From a virus, in IMG/VR virus record IMGVR_UViG_3300027839_000006, positions 1-64,000 of that record: DNA of 64,000 bases, one strand, 5' to 3'. Numbering within the stretch: position 1 is the stretch's first letter; each line of letters opens with the position of its first letter. Below the pieces are notes generated by a model. It did no database searches and was not told the origin of the DNA. It worked only from the letters and a program-made list of their open reading frames with translations. The position numbers and the translations under genes were made by a program. Below are positions 63,001 to 64,000 of this stretch, piece after piece.

Positions 63001-64000
63001 CGATGGCGGCTCTGTTACGTCATGGCCTGGAGAGTCTTCGATTCCCAACGCCATCTTCATGGCTGGCGGTCGGATCAACCTTCTGTCCAACCTCAACCCA
63101 ACGGCCCCCGCAGGGTTGGTGTTCTCATCACCGACGCCCGGGGTCTCCGACGTAAACGCAGAAGAGCGTTATGCCACGACCTACATTGAACACGGGGTCT
63201 TTGTCTCTACGTTCAATGCCCATCATCCTTCTCCGCACTCGTCCTACAAGCTGCCTACTATTGGTGTTGGCGCTCCCCTCGATTCTGCTGGGCTCCATTC
63301 AGCGTTCTCCACTCTTCGGGGCAACACGGAAGCCCAGTTCAAGGGGGGATCTTCAATCGGTGGGGTGGGTGGTCTTCGGATCTCCGGTGACGCCACCATA
63401 TGGCTGAAGAATGTTCGGGGGATGGGCGGTAAGAACGCTTACGTCCGACGCTCTCCCACTATCTATTACACAAAGTCCCCCTCGGGTGCTCCTGCCCTCG
63501 GCAACACCACTACCGGTCCCATCACGTCCTTCGGTCGTGATGCTGTCTCGGGGCACACCCCCAGTGGGTTCTCTGCTTCCAAGCGGACAACTGTAAATAG
63601 TGATGGAGCAACGCTCCATCTCCAAGAAGCGACGATTGAGATCGGCCTTACCAGGGCTGATCTTGCTTCATTCCGATACGCCACAGGCAACCCCGAGTTC
63701 CCTGCGTTGCGAGACGATGTTCACGAACCCTTACAGGACCAAGACAGCGACGGTTATTGGGATGACCAAGGCGAGGGCGAGCGTATGCTCCACTACGCCA
63801 ACGCCGTCGATTCCGTAGACCTCCCTGTTCCAGCCCGGTTCTTGACTGGCAGCTATCTCACGCTATCCCCCACCCAACCCCCTGGTTGGGATGAGGCAGG
63901 AAGTCCGAATACCCGGTCAAGCAGCAAGGTGCTTACGGATCTTCGACTTGACGAACAAGGTAACCCCACCCTCACCAACCCCAATGACGGGTCTTGGAGG
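57083..64000 (+). CDS. Giant putative structural protein, 3'-truncated (>2306 aa); not in the supplied ORF track
   Basis: ATG at 57083 (MATDKELLEKLRKALEEKGH...) after GGAG. My manual translation stays open to ...NPTLTNPNDGSWR at 64000. Contains YLTIDYSAGIVVL, HHLQVGDEVTISG...LNGRHRV and DQDSDG motifs like the neighbouring structural proteins. Confidence 0.85.
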   Translation, partial: MATDKELLEKLRKALEEKGHTTALREPWQEHLDRHTSVSSTASLQASEIFSDFAGSWAASYQVDPTATDLDKISNERLPPSPAKMTSKLGLPGYPEVNFIPYSHNTNRFGVKGPSLLGHPISFEVIGPTAKSPNVDWQWFLQEGSSEDRLYLDLGANLQDPNGSSVLAPSITSLQDGYGDLYGDNSQAGIYVIITQTGENSKTDTQVTGVGDGYIALEGVAGPGGGLREAIRAKTGASKYEIFRVVSWSNDYLQLDPGKRIRDHFDISASTDPIIRSIMLVRPKATRMVSIPGTGDAKGQERALVVVPPERSLNSDLKPPYEYDNAAPGSWRTEGFYGAWPGLGNGDSNLYAQGSSLPVPRIVGRSRALLPSTLEVPGVPPNLLVLKAATYSGVEDARDELKAGDVIHLHEVYSDELAEVAPKLTASPHGWWEVTSVPARGGTDQFIQLRGIEEVNPRTGKAHFGPWAIDGSGQDLSQPVPQVWVKFTIHKPIKDLWSNTGTGYQFDLDALKSARLTNLIDPSWVRESGKAIEIGHETVWAKADKAIFDTTSSQQGLSGTNANPGSLLDLGFRMVLFPAMASGDHLVPDFANPIDSLEVRLDEDAADERQYLTIDYSAGIVVLSHSPKLGCELDPHGLIGQITDLNPRGELVLFASCVPYSMEMGQLGSSIRVTSGAMEPDWCLPDSTQADVYGARHRVDIKTDVDGAPQIVGSQVLGQSLVLALAVPATPMEFKKSLAAFPVAGHIEILQSSEAPAFTTTSSTTDTIRLSTFSYNGVDVYTDSDGPWVRLRNVYGGADAGNSVTVNHDGEFLVVFRKDFYPETVIDSTGDSDFSYQLDTTHGSAKRTKTLRFAHANLFENLDGTITVYPTAVDGPAEELRAFFPLGGPDDTARFHLVPETQMWTADSGPCRDDGEHEVGIEIKRGRFFSSMRVDVRQDHMRYWRFTNLVSKLELQAPQGLETPPDTFVAHINTGQDATQPLPPHYMDWMPQSEGALCAVIEGSVIFSRGLAELGSSAVSASTESARFVLNARMYMGLDSQFFAGRPSFRDEYAQRDTFPSRGLESQIAGILAEAEEGPANPINWFAHTAEVWNNDLNADRWEVRAKELREDVNNHYGRQRHGGMGKIASFYTDALESPNYKEDTRLAFTERQVSTLPTKPYLLSDPIPQDGMAFPEGYRYILTVKSADPKNGNASKWITAQVISTDEMPVTTDPNVVAHYLNNAIYDGTVSNNIDAELDNAGFFKTLGAGASYAAGNSLLGTSTLVSNLTRNPMLTRDERQFLWCGPGDPRHPEHVIGGSNDTGKVALLCGGWGSASAESSAGSHRDFTNVVVEFTHTADFGDAGCSGCEDLAEFLGGDFALDRPTCGLFFGGHAWETFQVGAQAYGTDLPIEGSQLFVGSQVYTLTADDNVVHPDKPFVGTNVRIASGGFDTLKNLVRAISTHSGDRVWMFLPPEYLQDQTSQAIIENAPGHIIRQEEDVTQLRWVGGRQNDPANPWLTFSQPGGASDLHATVWWYRPAPAVNTDVNPWEFGSGLDGNKTEARLSDALGFLQRGTPPLGSMAGSFPIRGTYGDTEALVLGMPKGDSPYYSGPQAGTGLPKIHGKHAIPGYLGRWAWDIENTIDPIDVTDPTTAGIGQILATYGVGAHSENHFSSQLANRTSLEMAGVAPDGFINTTPHPHHLQVGDEVTISGSSLQLPWLGEHKALNGRHRVIALSTDQDGNTDPFKFQIDLGDGTGSVIQDPIDNFYEFHGLGEVSVGKTFQTTDTRCGFGEQQTGYESFLVYAVELDRHDTAALLKKKTVRDFIGVGDIITGRSLSIAGDETYPFVPVEGQRNDPSFHGLVFDPLAPLSLKTGAVDEQGAPVTVDKIGSSAFTFLVHRTMNTDRAAWPSSEQAQLASALPSHLRMSEVQPYDFGFSTPDRAFPVGESFSISIIANANAITSSGTFKSLYSALYGIHGKGYTGTSATPGLDGGSVTSWPGESSIPNAIFMAGGRINLLSNLNPTAPAGLVFSSPTPGVSDVNAEERYATTYIEHGVFVSTFNAHHPSPHSSYKLPTIGVGAPLDSAGLHSAFSTLRGNTEAQFKGGSSIGGVGGLRISGDATIWLKNVRGMGGKNAYVRRSPTIYYTKSPSGAPALGNTTTGPITSFGRDAVSGHTPSGFSASKRTTVNSDGATLHLQEATIEIGLTRADLASFRYATGNPEFPALRDDVHEPLQDQDSDGYWDDQGEGERMLHYANAVDSVDLPVPARFLTGSYLTLSPTQPPGWDEAGSPNTRSSSKVLTDLRLDEQGNPTLTNPNDGSWR

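Noticed and set aside
1-64000. Diversity-generating retroelement, invertible fibre cassette, intron/intein, CRISPR array, tRNA or stop-codon recoding
   Set aside because: I saw no reverse transcriptase, recombinase, duplicated TR/VR pair, intein termini, spaced direct repeats or tRNA-like sequence. Genes tile the window under the standard code using all three stops. A subtle case could be missed without computation.

Overview
The window is one densely packed, + strand block of 16 CDSs, with both end genes cut by the window edges. It reads as the baseplate and tail-fibre morphogenesis region of a contractile-tailed jumbo phage. A very large contractile injection system cannot be excluded because no capsid, sheath or host gene lies in the window. 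The P2/Mu baseplate order is recognisable from motifs: hub (gp27/gpD-like), spike (gp5/gpV-like), gp25/gpW, gpJ, gpI, then fibres. Every component is several times its usual size. About 19.6 kb of unassigned genes, including a 4941-aa protein, sit between the spike and gp25. After gpI come proteins of 1486, 2039, 211, 1179, 2533 and >2306 aa; the last is absent from the supplied ORF track because it has no stop in the window. Most notable observations: (1) a peptidase M15-type Zn motif set (HxxGxAxD...HYDxR) inserted into the hub; (2) a shared motif in all four long intergenic gaps, a candidate late promoter; (3) a hairpin sequestering the gp25 start codon; (4) apparent absence of AATT, TTAA, CTAG and several 6-bp palindromes; (5) a possible three-repeat spike-tip protein; (6) an Ala-rich stalk plus a six-fold novel repeat on the 2533-aa protein. 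I saw no RNA genes, CRISPR arrays, integrases or transposases. All family assignments come from recognising motifs by eye, not from database searches.
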